Below are positions 16,430 to 24,948 of a DNA stretch of 57,451 bases, in pieces. The DNA comes from a virus (taxonomy: Duplodnaviria; Caudoviricetes). Positions within the stretch are counted from its first letter, which is position 1, and every line of letters starts with the position of its first letter. The position numbers and the translations under genes were made by a program. The notes below the pieces were generated by a model. The model was not told the DNA's origin, made no database searches, and was given only the letters and a program-made list of their open reading frames with translations. The stretch covers positions 1-57,451 of IMG/VR virus record IMGVR_UViG_3300027637_000001. The stretch is one strand, 5' to 3'.

Positions 16430-16814
16430 CGGAGCTGTCCTCCTCGGCGCCGGGCAGCGGGCGGGTGAACCCGTCGCAACCGCAGATGAGACAGGCCCCG
16501 GGGTCGCGGGCCTCGTTCCAGACCGGGCCGGCGGTCTCGGCGATGTCGGTCGGGTGGTCGACGATGTCGTGGTCGCACTCGCACGGGTCGCGCTCGACCT
16601 CGACGTCGACCGGCACGATCGGCATGTCGGCCGACAGCACGACCTCGGCGAGGGCCTCGACGTCGAGGGTGTCGCCCAGGCAGTCGGCGGCGTACATGTC
16701 GACGTCGGGGAAGCGGCCCCGGTGCTCACCGCCCTCGGGGGCGGCGTCGGCCGGGTCGTAGGGCGCCACACGCCACCTCGGTGGCGGGGACTCCAGGTTG
16801 GTCGGGGTGGTCAT
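16422..16814 (-). CDS. Leaderless hypothetical protein with Zn motif
   Basis: TACGGT-6 nt-ATG; CECDH..H..CLICGCDGF. Confidence 0.65.
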   Translation of the reverse strand: MTTPTNLESPPPRWRVAPYDPADAAPEGGEHRGRFPDVDMYAADCLGDTLDVEALAEVVLSADMPIVPVDVEVERDPCECDHDIVDHPTDIAETAGPVWNEARDPGACLICGCDGFTRPLPGAEEDSSDG

Positions 16815-16831
16815 GACCCGACCGTATCGCG

Positions 16832-17299
16832 CTAACTCCCGGTCAGCTCGGCCTGCGCTTCGCCCAGGTCGCACGCCGGGGGCGGCAGGATCGCCCGGGT
16901 CTCGTCGCTCGCCCCCAGAGCGTCCAGGATCCGCTGGAACAGGTCGTAGCGCACGTGCACGCGGACGCACTCCGTCGCCGCAGCGCGGGCGGCGTCATCG
17001 GCCCGCTGCTGGACGACCTCGTCGAGGCGCGCCGCCTGGTCCTCCAGGTCGTCGATCGCCTGGTCGAGGCGGGCGTCAGTGGCGGCCTGGTGCTCGTCCA
17101 CCTGGCGATCCTTGTAGGAGTCCCAGGCGCCCAGCAGGCCCATCGCGACCACCAGAGCGATCAGCCACCGGGTCGACCGGTCGAGCTGCTCGACGCTGGC
17201 CCGGGGCACCTCGATCACCTCGCCGGGCTCCTCCTCGGGCTCGGCCGGGTCGTCGTCGGGCTCGGCGATGGGCCTCGGCGGGTCGGGCCAGCCGCTCAC
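16832..17299 (-). CDS. Membrane-anchored coiled-coil protein (lysis region)
   Basis: One TM segment (WLIALVVAMGLLGAW), heptad-like stretch, two Cys; GTGA coupling. Confidence 0.65.
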   Translation of the reverse strand: MSGWPDPPRPIAEPDDDPAEPEEEPGEVIEVPRASVEQLDRSTRWLIALVVAMGLLGAWDSYKDRQVDEHQAATDARLDQAIDDLEDQAARLDEVVQQRADDAARAAATECVRVHVRYDLFQRILDALGASDETRAILPPPACDLGEAQAELTGS

Positions 17300-17394
17300 C
17301 ACGTGCACCTCGTCATCAGCGCCACCGCCAGGCCCGCCAGGAGCAGCAGCGGCGCCGCCCGGTAGGCGTAGTGCACCCACGCCGACCAGGTCAC
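17296..17394 (-). CDS. 32-aa membrane peptide
   Basis: GTGA coupling at both ends; hydrophobic. Confidence 0.5.
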   Translation of the reverse strand: MTWSAWVHYAYRAAPLLLLAGLAVALMTRCTW

Positions 17395-17618
17395 CGCAGG
17401 ATCCCCCGGATGTTGCCCAGGACTCGCGCACCCAGCGACAGGGCCAGCACCGAGAAGATGAACCCGAACGACTCCATCCGCGCCCCCAGGAACGCGACCT
17501 CGATCGTCCCCCAGAACAGGGCCACGACGATGATCAGCGTCTGTAGCCACTGGGGCGGGGGCGGGAAGGGTGAGGCCTCCGATTCCTCGGGGGCCTCGTC
17601 GGGGGGCCGGTCGCTCAC
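17391..17618 (-). CDS. Two-TM holin-like protein
   Basis: Two hydrophobic helices, basic tail; GTGA coupling. Confidence 0.55.
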   Translation of the reverse strand: MSDRPPDEAPEESEASPFPPPPQWLQTLIIVVALFWGTIEVAFLGARMESFGFIFSVLALSLGARVLGNIRGILR

Positions 17619-18775
17619 GGAGCACCAGCCGTCGCCCTCGTGAGGTCCGCCACCAGCTCGCGGCCCGCCGCCGTCGCCCCTGCCATCGTCGAGCAGCCGC
17701 GTTCCCACGCCGCCGCCGCCGTCCACGCCTCCGCCCACCGCCAGGCGTTCCGTTCGATCGTCAGCGCCGCCGCCGCCGCACGGCCCGCCGCCCCCATCTC
17801 CGCCCGCCGCGCCGGGTCCCGGGACAAGGCCCGCAGCAGCCCCGCCCACTCCCGGGGCCGGTGCGCCAGGACCGTCCCCGGCGACATGTCCGCCCACGCC
17901 GCGTAGGGCTCCGTCGGCGCCGCCACGCACGGCACCCCGACCGCGTTCAGCTCCAGGGGCTTGAGCCAGCTCTTCGCCTGGTTGAACCGGGTCTGAGCCA
18001 GCGGAGCGATCCCGACCCCGAACCGGGCGATCGCCAACGGCCAGTCGTCGATCCCCACCGGGCCCGGCCCGGGCGGGTTCTCGCCCAGGCCCAGCGCCCG
18101 GCCCACCCCGTCAGGCTGGCCCACCGTCTCGAACCGGCCGCCGCCGGCCAGCAGCTGGGCGACCGCCGCGCCGACCACCTGCAGGTCGTCGGGATGCGAG
18201 TGCACCGAGCCGCCCCAGCCGACGAGGTCGGAGTCGACGTGGCCGACGGCCAGGTACCGCTCGGGCACGCAGTTCGGGACGATCACCGAGCCCGCCCGCT
18301 GGTTCGGGTACGAGGCCGCCAGGCGGGGCGTCGTCACGGTGACCATGGTCGCCAACGAGCACGCCCGGGCAGCGTTCACCGCTGAGTGCGGGTTCGGGAT
18401 CCGCACCCGCTTGTTCTCGGGGTGCGGGATCTCCTTGGCCAGGGTCCCGAACGCCGGGTTCGCCGGGTGGATGTGCGACAGGTCGTCGTCCATGTCGACC
18501 ACCACCGCGCACCCGCGGGCCCGCACCATCGGGATCATGTCGACCAGGAAGCTCACCGTGGGGCGCTGCAGCACGATCACGTCGGCGTCGGCCGGGAACT
18601 TCTCCTCGGCCACCTGGCCCTTGAAGTTGAACCCGACCCGCACGGCCCGTTCCTCGGGGCCCACCACGGTGACGTCGAGGTCGGTCTGGGCGTCGACCGC
18701 CGCCGCCGGCCACAGCATCCGGTACGACCCGCAGCCGGTCCGGTCCCCCGGGTAGAGGTAGACCCGGAGCGTCAC
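17615..18775 (-). CDS. Glycosyltransferase (GT-B-like, phage type)
   Basis: GCGSYRMLWP, VIVLQR, VVDMDDDL, VGWGGS..H, GIAPL..FNQAKSWLKPLE. Confidence 0.88.
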   Translation of the reverse strand: MTLRVYLYPGDRTGCGSYRMLWPAAAVDAQTDLDVTVVGPEERAVRVGFNFKGQVAEEKFPADADVIVLQRPTVSFLVDMIPMVRARGCAVVVDMDDDLSHIHPANPAFGTLAKEIPHPENKRVRIPNPHSAVNAARACSLATMVTVTTPRLAASYPNQRAGSVIVPNCVPERYLAVGHVDSDLVGWGGSVHSHPDDLQVVGAAVAQLLAGGGRFETVGQPDGVGRALGLGENPPGPGPVGIDDWPLAIARFGVGIAPLAQTRFNQAKSWLKPLELNAVGVPCVAAPTEPYAAWADMSPGTVLAHRPREWAGLLRALSRDPARRAEMGAAGRAAAAALTIERNAWRWAEAWTAAAAWERGCSTMAGATAAGRELVADLTRATAGAP

Positions 18776-18984
18776 GAGACGGCCCGCAGCTCCAGGTCCC
18801 GGTCGAGCCGGAACCTCGTCCACACCTCCACGAAGTTCTCCACAGGAATGATCGTGCGGGCCTCCTGCACGCCGTCGGTGTAGGCGAAGTCCACGACCCC
18901 GTCGACCAGCACACCGTGGCCGACCACGGTGTCGTCGCCGTCGACCGCCTCGAACAGGCCCTCGTCGTTCACCGGGATATCCAC
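18772..18984 (-). CDS. Small acidic hypothetical protein
   Basis: GGAGG RBS; coupled to the glycosyltransferase. Confidence 0.6.
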   Translation of the reverse strand: MDIPVNDEGLFEAVDGDDTVVGHGVLVDGVVDFAYTDGVQEARTIIPVENFVEVWTRFRLDRDLELRAVS

Positions 18985-18986
18985 AG

Positions 18987-19607
18987 CTAGTCCTCCTCGG
19001 GGCGGCGCCCGAGCGCCTCGACGTTCAGGTACGCCGGGGCCGCCGGGTTCCAGCGGGTGACCTCGGCGGGGGGCACGATCTGGCAGGGGTAGGTGTAGGC
19101 GGTGTGCAGCACCTCCAGGTCGGCGTCGCTCATCATCACCGCCATGGCCTTGTCGGAGAACCGGTAGAAGTCCTCCGGGTAGCCGTGGATCGGGAACGTC
19201 TGGTGGGTCTGCACGTACACCAGGCCGCCCGGGCGCACGACGGAGGCGGCAGCGACCATGGCCTGCCAGGGACGCTCCAGGTGCTCCCACACCGAGCACG
19301 CCACGTAGGCGTCGTACTCGCCCGGGTACCACTCGTACACCGACCCCAACAGGCCCGGCTCCGACGCCCGGAACGTAGCCAGGGTGTGGGCGTCGTCGAC
19401 CCGGTCGACGTCAGGGCCCTCCTCGCGGTCGACGCGCACCCAGTCGCCGTGCGGCGCCCAGGCGGTGTGGTGGGTCGGCCGGTCGGCCTCGGCGCGCAGC
19501 GTCCCCACCTCGACCACCCGGGGCCGCTCGATCGCGGCCAGGAAGTCGACCAGGCGCTGCGCGCCGTCGGCCGTCCCCGCACCGATCCCAGCCGGATCGG
19601 CGATCAC
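18987..19607 (-). CDS. Class I SAM-dependent methyltransferase
   Basis: VVEVG, GPDVD.V.DAH.L, SVWEHL..PW, RPGG, FPIHGYPEDFYRF. Confidence 0.85.
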   Translation of the reverse strand: MIADPAGIGAGTADGAQRLVDFLAAIERPRVVEVGTLRAEADRPTHHTAWAPHGDWVRVDREEGPDVDRVDDAHTLATFRASEPGLLGSVYEWYPGEYDAYVACSVWEHLERPWQAMVAAASVVRPGGLVYVQTHQTFPIHGYPEDFYRFSDKAMAVMMSDADLEVLHTAYTYPCQIVPPAEVTRWNPAAPAYLNVEALGRRPEED

Positions 19608-20149
19608 CACGTCGCCTCCTCCCACACGTAGCTCGCGGCCACCCGGAGATCACCGTCGGGGACCACCACGCCGCCCTCGACCGCCTCGACCTGCGTGCGC
19701 AGGGTGCGCTGCAGCCGCCGGTTGCCGTCCAGCTCCTCGGCAGCGTCGTCGAGGTCGCGGCCGTCGGCCTCGTAGCGCTCGGCGAGCGAGCTGGCCACGT
19801 CCTGCCATGGCCGGTCCAGGAACACGAACCGGACCTGTACACCGGCCTCCTGCGCCGCCCGCCAGGCGTTCGACATGATCAGCCGGAACGGCCACACGAT
19901 CCCGGTCACCACCCGGTGCTGGTACTCGGCGCTCTGGGTGTCCGGGTCGGCGGTCTGCTGGGCCAGCTCGGTGACCTCGGCGAGCACCTCGGCGGCCCGC
20001 CACTCCAGCCACGGCACGTGCCCCGCCGAGGGCATCCCCGACGGGTGGGCGTCCAGCTCCTCGACGCCGGCCTGGCCGCCCTCGTTCAGCTGGTCGTGCA
20101 GGGTGGACTTCCCGGCGCCGGAGCAGCCGATCACGTAGGTGAGACGCAT
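19604..20149 (-). CDS. P-loop kinase-like protein
   Basis: N-terminal GCSGAGKST Walker A followed by ELD; size typical of an NMP-kinase-like fold. Confidence 0.7.
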   Translation of the reverse strand: MRLTYVIGCSGAGKSTLHDQLNEGGQAGVEELDAHPSGMPSAGHVPWLEWRAAEVLAEVTELAQQTADPDTQSAEYQHRVVTGIVWPFRLIMSNAWRAAQEAGVQVRFVFLDRPWQDVASSLAERYEADGRDLDDAAEELDGNRRLQRTLRTQVEAVEGGVVVPDGDLRVAASYVWEEATW

Positions 20150-20158
20150 GAGGGGAAC

Positions 20159-20428
20159 CTACTCCTGGGTCGGGATGCGGTCGTGGTTGCGGGCGATGGC
20201 CGCATTGAACCCGGCCAGCACCTCGTCGGTCAGCTTGCGCAGCGCCAGCTGCAGCTCCAGCGACATCGGGCACGTGTCGATGGCCTTGTGGGCCAGCTCG
20301 GCCACGGCGCCTCGCATGGTCTCGTGGGCGACCCGGGCGGCGGTGTCGGGCGCGTGGTAGGCGACCCGGTGGGTGACCTCGTCGTGAAGGTCGCCCCGTC
20401 GGACCCGGTCCATGTCGACCTCGGCCAT
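20159..20428 (-). CDS. Acb2/Tad1-hairpin-like small protein
   Basis: RVAYHAP..HETMR..ELA..IDTCP.S.E..LALRKL..FNAAIARN matches my recollection of that family; TGATG coupling. Confidence 0.6.
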   Translation of the reverse strand: MAEVDMDRVRRGDLHDEVTHRVAYHAPDTAARVAHETMRGAVAELAHKAIDTCPMSLELQLALRKLTDEVLAGFNAAIARNHDRIPTQE

Positions 20429-21309
20429 CAGCCGGCCGCCACGGGCTGCTCGGTGCGGATCGGCCAGAACCAGCCGCCGCTCGGGTGCTGCTCGGGCTCC
20501 CACCCGGCGTGAGCGAAGTCCTTCCGGGTGTGGATCCCCGAGAAGTGCGCGATCAGCGCCGGCCGGTACGTGTTCGGGAACCTCGGCGCCGAGCCCCGGT
20601 GGTACAGCCGCGGGTGCCACAGCAGCGCGTCGCCCGGGTTCGGGATCCAGTCGACCACCTCGGCGTTCCGGGCCTGGATCTCCGCCTCGACGAGCGGGGT
20701 CAGCACCGCCTCGGTCTGCGCCGGCCACGCCGGGTCCGCCATGTCGACGATCCCCGACGCCGCCACCCGGCTGTTGGTCAGCCGGTGCCAGCGGTGCGAC
20801 CCGGGGATGAACTGGAACGGGCCGGCGTCGGGCTCGATGTCCCCGAGCGCGATCCACACCGCGGCGTAGGCGTCCCCGACGTGGTCGGGGTTCAGGTAGC
20901 CGTCCTGGTGCCAGTTCCGCTGCGTCGAGGTCCACCCGGTCAGCGTCAGGTGCAGGCCCATCGGTTCCCCGACGGTGGCCTCCAGGGCCTCGGCCAGGGG
21001 CCCGGACATGAGGAGGTCGAGCAGCGCCGGGTTGTAGACGTACGGGCACGTGTCGGGCCAGCCGCCCGGGCGTTCGGCGTCCACGACGAACAGCCGGTCG
21101 GCGTCGCCCTTGAGCGACCAGGCGCCGTCGCCGCCCTCGGCGAACGCCGGCTTGAGGCCGCGCCAGCCGTTGGCCACCATCCATTCGTCCTGGTAGGCGG
21201 CGATCAGCTCGCCGGGAACGATGCGGTCGAGGGGCACGACGCCGTCGTCGGACCAGTCGGCCGGGCTCGGGTCGGGGGTGGGTTCGGAGAGGTCGTCCAG
21301 GGTGATCAT
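20428..21309 (-). CDS. PhyH-family 2OG-Fe(II) dioxygenase
   Basis: WHQD, VWIALGD..GPFQFIPGSH, GDALLWH..YHRG; leaderless TAGCGT-6 nt-ATG. Confidence 0.88.
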   Translation of the reverse strand: MITLDDLSEPTPDPSPADWSDDGVVPLDRIVPGELIAAYQDEWMVANGWRGLKPAFAEGGDGAWSLKGDADRLFVVDAERPGGWPDTCPYVYNPALLDLLMSGPLAEALEATVGEPMGLHLTLTGWTSTQRNWHQDGYLNPDHVGDAYAAVWIALGDIEPDAGPFQFIPGSHRWHRLTNSRVAASGIVDMADPAWPAQTEAVLTPLVEAEIQARNAEVVDWIPNPGDALLWHPRLYHRGSAPRFPNTYRPALIAHFSGIHTRKDFAHAGWEPEQHPSGGWFWPIRTEQPVAAG

Positions 21310-21333
21310 GAGCCCACGCTACTTCCGGGCCCC

Positions 21334-21372
21334 GTGACCGCGCTTGCGCCCACGCCGTTACCGCGGTACGGT
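21334..21372 (+). promoter_or_regulatory. Motif-containing leaderless promoter
   Basis: GTGACCGCGC-TTGCGC-17 nt ending GTTACCGCGG-TACGGT-6 nt-ATG. Confidence 0.85.
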
Positions 21373-21378
21373 GTGCTC

Positions 21379-21540
21379 ATGAACCTCACCGACACCACCA
21401 CCAGCCGCACCGCCCGCCGACTCCGCGACGCCGCCCGGGGCGGCTACTTCGACGCCGCCGACGCCGACCGCGACGGCGACCCCGTCCTGGCCTCGGCGCT
21501 CCGCCGGACCGCCCGCCGCAACGCCCGCCGGGCCCGCTGA
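21379..21540 (+). CDS. Leaderless small basic protein (MNLTDTTT...)
   Basis: Promoter geometry and shared N-terminus. Confidence 0.7.
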   Translation: MNLTDTTTSRTARRLRDAARGGYFDAADADRDGDPVLASALRRTARRNARRAR

Positions 21541-21542
21541 CC

Positions 21543-21749
21543 ATGCACCTCCACGAGGTCGAGCAGCGCGAGACGGCGTTCACCCCCCGCATGTGGGATG
21601 CCACCCCCGACGTGTGCTGCGCCTACTTGCAGACCGGCGCTTGCGCCCACACCGAGGGTTACGACCCGGCCGACGACGACCTGGAGCCGGTCTCCACCGG
21701 CGCCGACGAGGTCCGCTACGCCGTCGAAGGCGACGACGAGCCGTTCTGA
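21543..21749 (+). CDS. Small acidic protein with CC..C.H motif
   Basis: Follows the 21540 stop by 2 nt; high GC3. Confidence 0.7.
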   Translation: MHLHEVEQRETAFTPRMWDATPDVCCAYLQTGACAHTEGYDPADDDLEPVSTGADEVRYAVEGDDEPF

Positions 21750-21760
21750 CCGCCGCCGCT

Positions 21761-21802
21761 CACCGCCCCCGAGGACCCGACGGACCGGGCCCGGGGGCGG
21801 TG
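21761..21802. terminator. Hairpin between convergent genes
   Basis: caccgcccccg / cgggggcggtg. Confidence 0.6.
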
Positions 21803-21808
21803 GCGCGT

Positions 21809-23488
21809 CTACAGCTCGTTGACGGTGAGCGGCCCGACCTGTAGGTAGTGCGGGTCGGCCGGGTCGAAGATCCCGACGTGCGCCAGCAGGATCCCGTCGG
21901 GCGCGTACCCCTGGAACCCGTCGCCCCCCGCGTCGGTCCACGACATCACGAACTCGGCGTCGTCCCACGCCGGAGGGTCCATGTGCGGCGGGTAGAACCG
22001 GCCGACCATCCCCGTCCCGGCCTTCATGGTGTCGGCCTGGAACGGGTAGCACGCCCCGAAGTCCGCCCACGACCCCGACCCGCCGTTCAGGATGTCGGCG
22101 CCGGCCTGGGGGTAGGTCAGGTGGTTCTCGTCGAGGCGGGTGGCTCCGATGATGATGTGGTCGCCGAGCGGGCCGGTGATCTTCACGTCGAGGGTGCGGG
22201 ACCGCAGCGACCGGTCCAGGTCGGCCTCATGCACGACCAGCGTCACCTGGCCGCCGATCCGTTCGGACGCGAGCACCTCGCCGCCGGCCGACAGGCGCAG
22301 CCCGGGGATCGTCTGGGACGTGTTCCCGAGCAGCACAAGGTCGTCGTCGTCGTAGTGCCCCGACCAGACGCCCATGTTCACGATCCAGGGGGACACCCCG
22401 AAGATGTCGCCCCACGTCATCGTGATCAGGTAGGTGCCGTCGTCCTCGTCGAGGTGGACGGCGTGGGCGTGGCCCTGCTGGCCGACCATCAGGCCGCCGT
22501 TCTCCTGGAACCAGATCGACGAGAGGTGCGAGTCGACGGCGGTCAGCTCGCGGAGCACGGCCACGTGGCGCTCGTTGCCGTTCGAGCCGGTGACCTTGCG
22601 GAACTGGCCCCGGCGGCCGCCGACCGCGAGCACGGTGGTCAGCTCGTTGACGTTGCGGGCGCCCGGGTCGGTGTCGACGGTGACGTTCACGAGGTCGAAG
22701 CGGTCCCAGTCCGCCTCCTCCCACGCGACGTAGGCGGACGCGCGGTTGCGGGCGGTGGCGAGCACGAACGCCGCGACGCGGGGCCCCGGGTCCACGTCGG
22801 TGGTCTCGGTGGCGGTGGCGCCGGTCAGCTCGGCGAACGCCTCGACGTCGGCCGGGTCGACCTCGGCGTCCGCGTCGAAGAACCAGAGCCCGACCTTGTG
22901 CCCGAACGGCCGGATGGCGTCGAGGTTGCGCATCGGGTCGATGTCGGGGAGCGCCGCCGTCCACGCCGCGCCCGAGCCCCAATCGGCGTTGATGGTGGCC
23001 TGGAGCGACGGGTTGTCGTCGTAGAACTTGTCGGCGTCCACGATGGGCCGGAGCAGCGCGACGGCCAGCACCTTCCCCGGGTTACGCCACGCCCAGTTCA
23101 GGGCGTTAAGGGAGCCCATGCCCTCGCCGATGACGGCGACCCGGTCGGTGCGGGTCCCGATCCACACCTGGGCGGCCGCCCAGTCGACGAGGTCGTCGAC
23201 CCAGCCGCCCGGGTCGACGACGTCGGGGGTCGCCCACTGGGACGTGCCCCCGAGGCGGGCGGCCAGCACCGGGTAGCTGGTCGAGGTCACCGCGGTGAAC
23301 AGGCTGGAGAACGAGCCGGTCAGGGTGCCCTCGGCGGTGCCCTGGTAGGCGTGGAAGTAGAGCACCGGGATGTCGCCGCCGGGGGCGTGCGCCCGGCCGA
23401 CGTGCAGTACGACGGTCTCGTCGGTGGCGGAGCTGTCGGCGCTGTAGCGGGTCCAGCGCGACGACCCGAGCGGCGGGACGACGCTCAC
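21809..23488 (-). CDS. Tail-associated protein with N-terminal alpha/beta-hydrolase-like domain
   Basis: VLYFH, SQWAT, VAVIGEGMGSLNALNWA..P; last gene of the tail run. Confidence 0.6.
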   Translation of the reverse strand: MSVVPPLGSSRWTRYSADSSATDETVVLHVGRAHAPGGDIPVLYFHAYQGTAEGTLTGSFSSLFTAVTSTSYPVLAARLGGTSQWATPDVVDPGGWVDDLVDWAAAQVWIGTRTDRVAVIGEGMGSLNALNWAWRNPGKVLAVALLRPIVDADKFYDDNPSLQATINADWGSGAAWTAALPDIDPMRNLDAIRPFGHKVGLWFFDADAEVDPADVEAFAELTGATATETTDVDPGPRVAAFVLATARNRASAYVAWEEADWDRFDLVNVTVDTDPGARNVNELTTVLAVGGRRGQFRKVTGSNGNERHVAVLRELTAVDSHLSSIWFQENGGLMVGQQGHAHAVHLDEDDGTYLITMTWGDIFGVSPWIVNMGVWSGHYDDDDLVLLGNTSQTIPGLRLSAGGEVLASERIGGQVTLVVHEADLDRSLRSRTLDVKITGPLGDHIIIGATRLDENHLTYPQAGADILNGGSGSWADFGACYPFQADTMKAGTGMVGRFYPPHMDPPAWDDAEFVMSWTDAGGDGFQGYAPDGILLAHVGIFDPADPHYLQVGPLTVNEL

Positions 23489-24300
23489 GCCGCGACCGCT
23501 CGCAACGACGCCAGGTTGAGCACGGACGCTGACATGCGGACCGTGAGGTTCCCGCCCGAGCCCATGCCCGCGATGACGTAGTCGCCGGCCGAGTGCGCAG
23601 CGAGCCGGGCGAACGGCTCGACGGTGCGGGTCGTGGTCGTGTCCATGTCGGGGACGGGGACCCCGTCGAGCGCCGCGAAGAGCCCGGTGTTGCTGGCCGG
23701 GTAGATCCCGAACGAGGCCTCCGCCGGGGCGTTGGAGGCGGCCTGGAGGCCGGGCACGTGGCCGATCAGGTAGACGGGGCGGGCGAGGTCTGGGACGGTG
23801 ACGAGCAGGCCGGGCACGGCGGCGTTGAAGAGGCCGCCGCCGGTGCCGGTGATCGTGACCGCGGTCGAGGAGAACGCGAACGCGATCTCTAGGCCGCCGC
23901 CGTGCAGGTCGAGACGGGAGGCGTGCGCGGCCAGAGCGGTGGGGGTGACGGTGCCCAACGGGTCGTCCTCCAGGTCGAAGGGGTCATAGGGGCCGCCGGT
24001 GACCGGCACGGTGAGGAACGAGGGCTCGTAGGAGACGCAGCCCGGCACGAACCGTTCCACCATCCACGTGGTGCCCTCGGGGGCGATGTCGCTGTTCGGC
24101 CAGAGGTCCATCGACCAGACCCCGGCGCTGTTGATGCCGTTGCCGGTCATCAGGACCGTGGTGCCGACGAACTTCTTCCCGGTCGAGAGGGCCCGGCCCA
24201 CGACGGGGCGGCCCTGGCCTCCCACGAGCGTGACCCACACCTGGGCCGGCCAGGGGGTCGTGGTGTCCGGCTTGTCGAGGTCTTCCTGAACCACGGTCAC
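23485..24300 (-). CDS. Minor tail protein
   Basis: Position; WSMDLWPNSDIAPEGTTW.VE N-terminal module. Confidence 0.65.
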   Translation of the reverse strand: MTVVQEDLDKPDTTTPWPAQVWVTLVGGQGRPVVGRALSTGKKFVGTTVLMTGNGINSAGVWSMDLWPNSDIAPEGTTWMVERFVPGCVSYEPSFLTVPVTGGPYDPFDLEDDPLGTVTPTALAAHASRLDLHGGGLEIAFAFSSTAVTITGTGGGLFNAAVPGLLVTVPDLARPVYLIGHVPGLQAASNAPAEASFGIYPASNTGLFAALDGVPVPDMDTTTTRTVEPFARLAAHSAGDYVIAGMGSGGNLTVRMSASVLNLASLRAVAA

Positions 24301-24312
24301 CGGGGACCCCTC

Positions 24313-24948
24313 CTAGTTGATCTGCTGGATGCGGGCAAGGTAGCTGACCCCGTCCAGGATGACGTCGGCGCCACCAGCGGACGACACGACGCCGGTGCTG
24401 TACTCGATCGCGCACACCGTGTTCGCGCCGAACGCTCCGATGCACGGGAGCAGCAGGTCGTTGTCGGGCCACGCCCACTCCGGCAGAGCGAAGATCGGGG
24501 TGGCCGAGCCCGACGTCCGGGTGGCTCGGCCCCGCAGCTCGATACGCCCCGACCGGCGGGTGAACATGACCTGAGCGTTGCCGTTCTGGCCCGGGGGGAG
24601 CGTGCCGGCCGAGTGCCCCCAGCCGGTCAGGAACGGGGGCTCGCCCTCGGTGCCGACGATGTGCCATTCGTCCCAGTCGCCCGAGAGGCGCCCGACGACA
24701 AAGCACCGGGCGGCGTCGCCGGTGTAGAGCAACTGCACCCGGTCGCCCGGCATGAGCGTCACCGGGGCGGCGATCGTGGCGCCGTGGGCCTCGTTGGGGC
24801 CGTCGGCGACCACCGTCGCGATGGTGTTCGTCGGGTCGACGCCGGTCACGACGCCGGCCACGTAGCCGGGGATCAGCCGCAGCGCAGCGGCCCGGCCGGC
24901 CTGGGCGGCGGCGGCGACCATCTCGCGCTCCAGGGCAGACAGGGCCAC
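24313..24948 (-). CDS. Minor tail protein
   Basis: OB-like N-terminus (GVVTGVD..GDRV), IFALPEWAWP C-terminus. Confidence 0.7.
   Translation of the reverse strand: MALSALEREMVAAAAQAGRAAALRLIPGYVAGVVTGVDPTNTIATVVADGPNEAHGATIAAPVTLMPGDRVQLLYTGDAARCFVVGRLSGDWDEWHIVGTEGEPPFLTGWGHSAGTLPPGQNGNAQVMFTRRSGRIELRGRATRTSGSATPIFALPEWAWPDNDLLLPCIGAFGANTVCAIEYSTGVVSSAGGADVILDGVSYLARIQQIN

Noticed and set aside
6683-16629. 15-nt match acgatcggcatgtcg (DMPIV) shared by two genes
   Set aside because: Too short to distinguish from chance at this GC content
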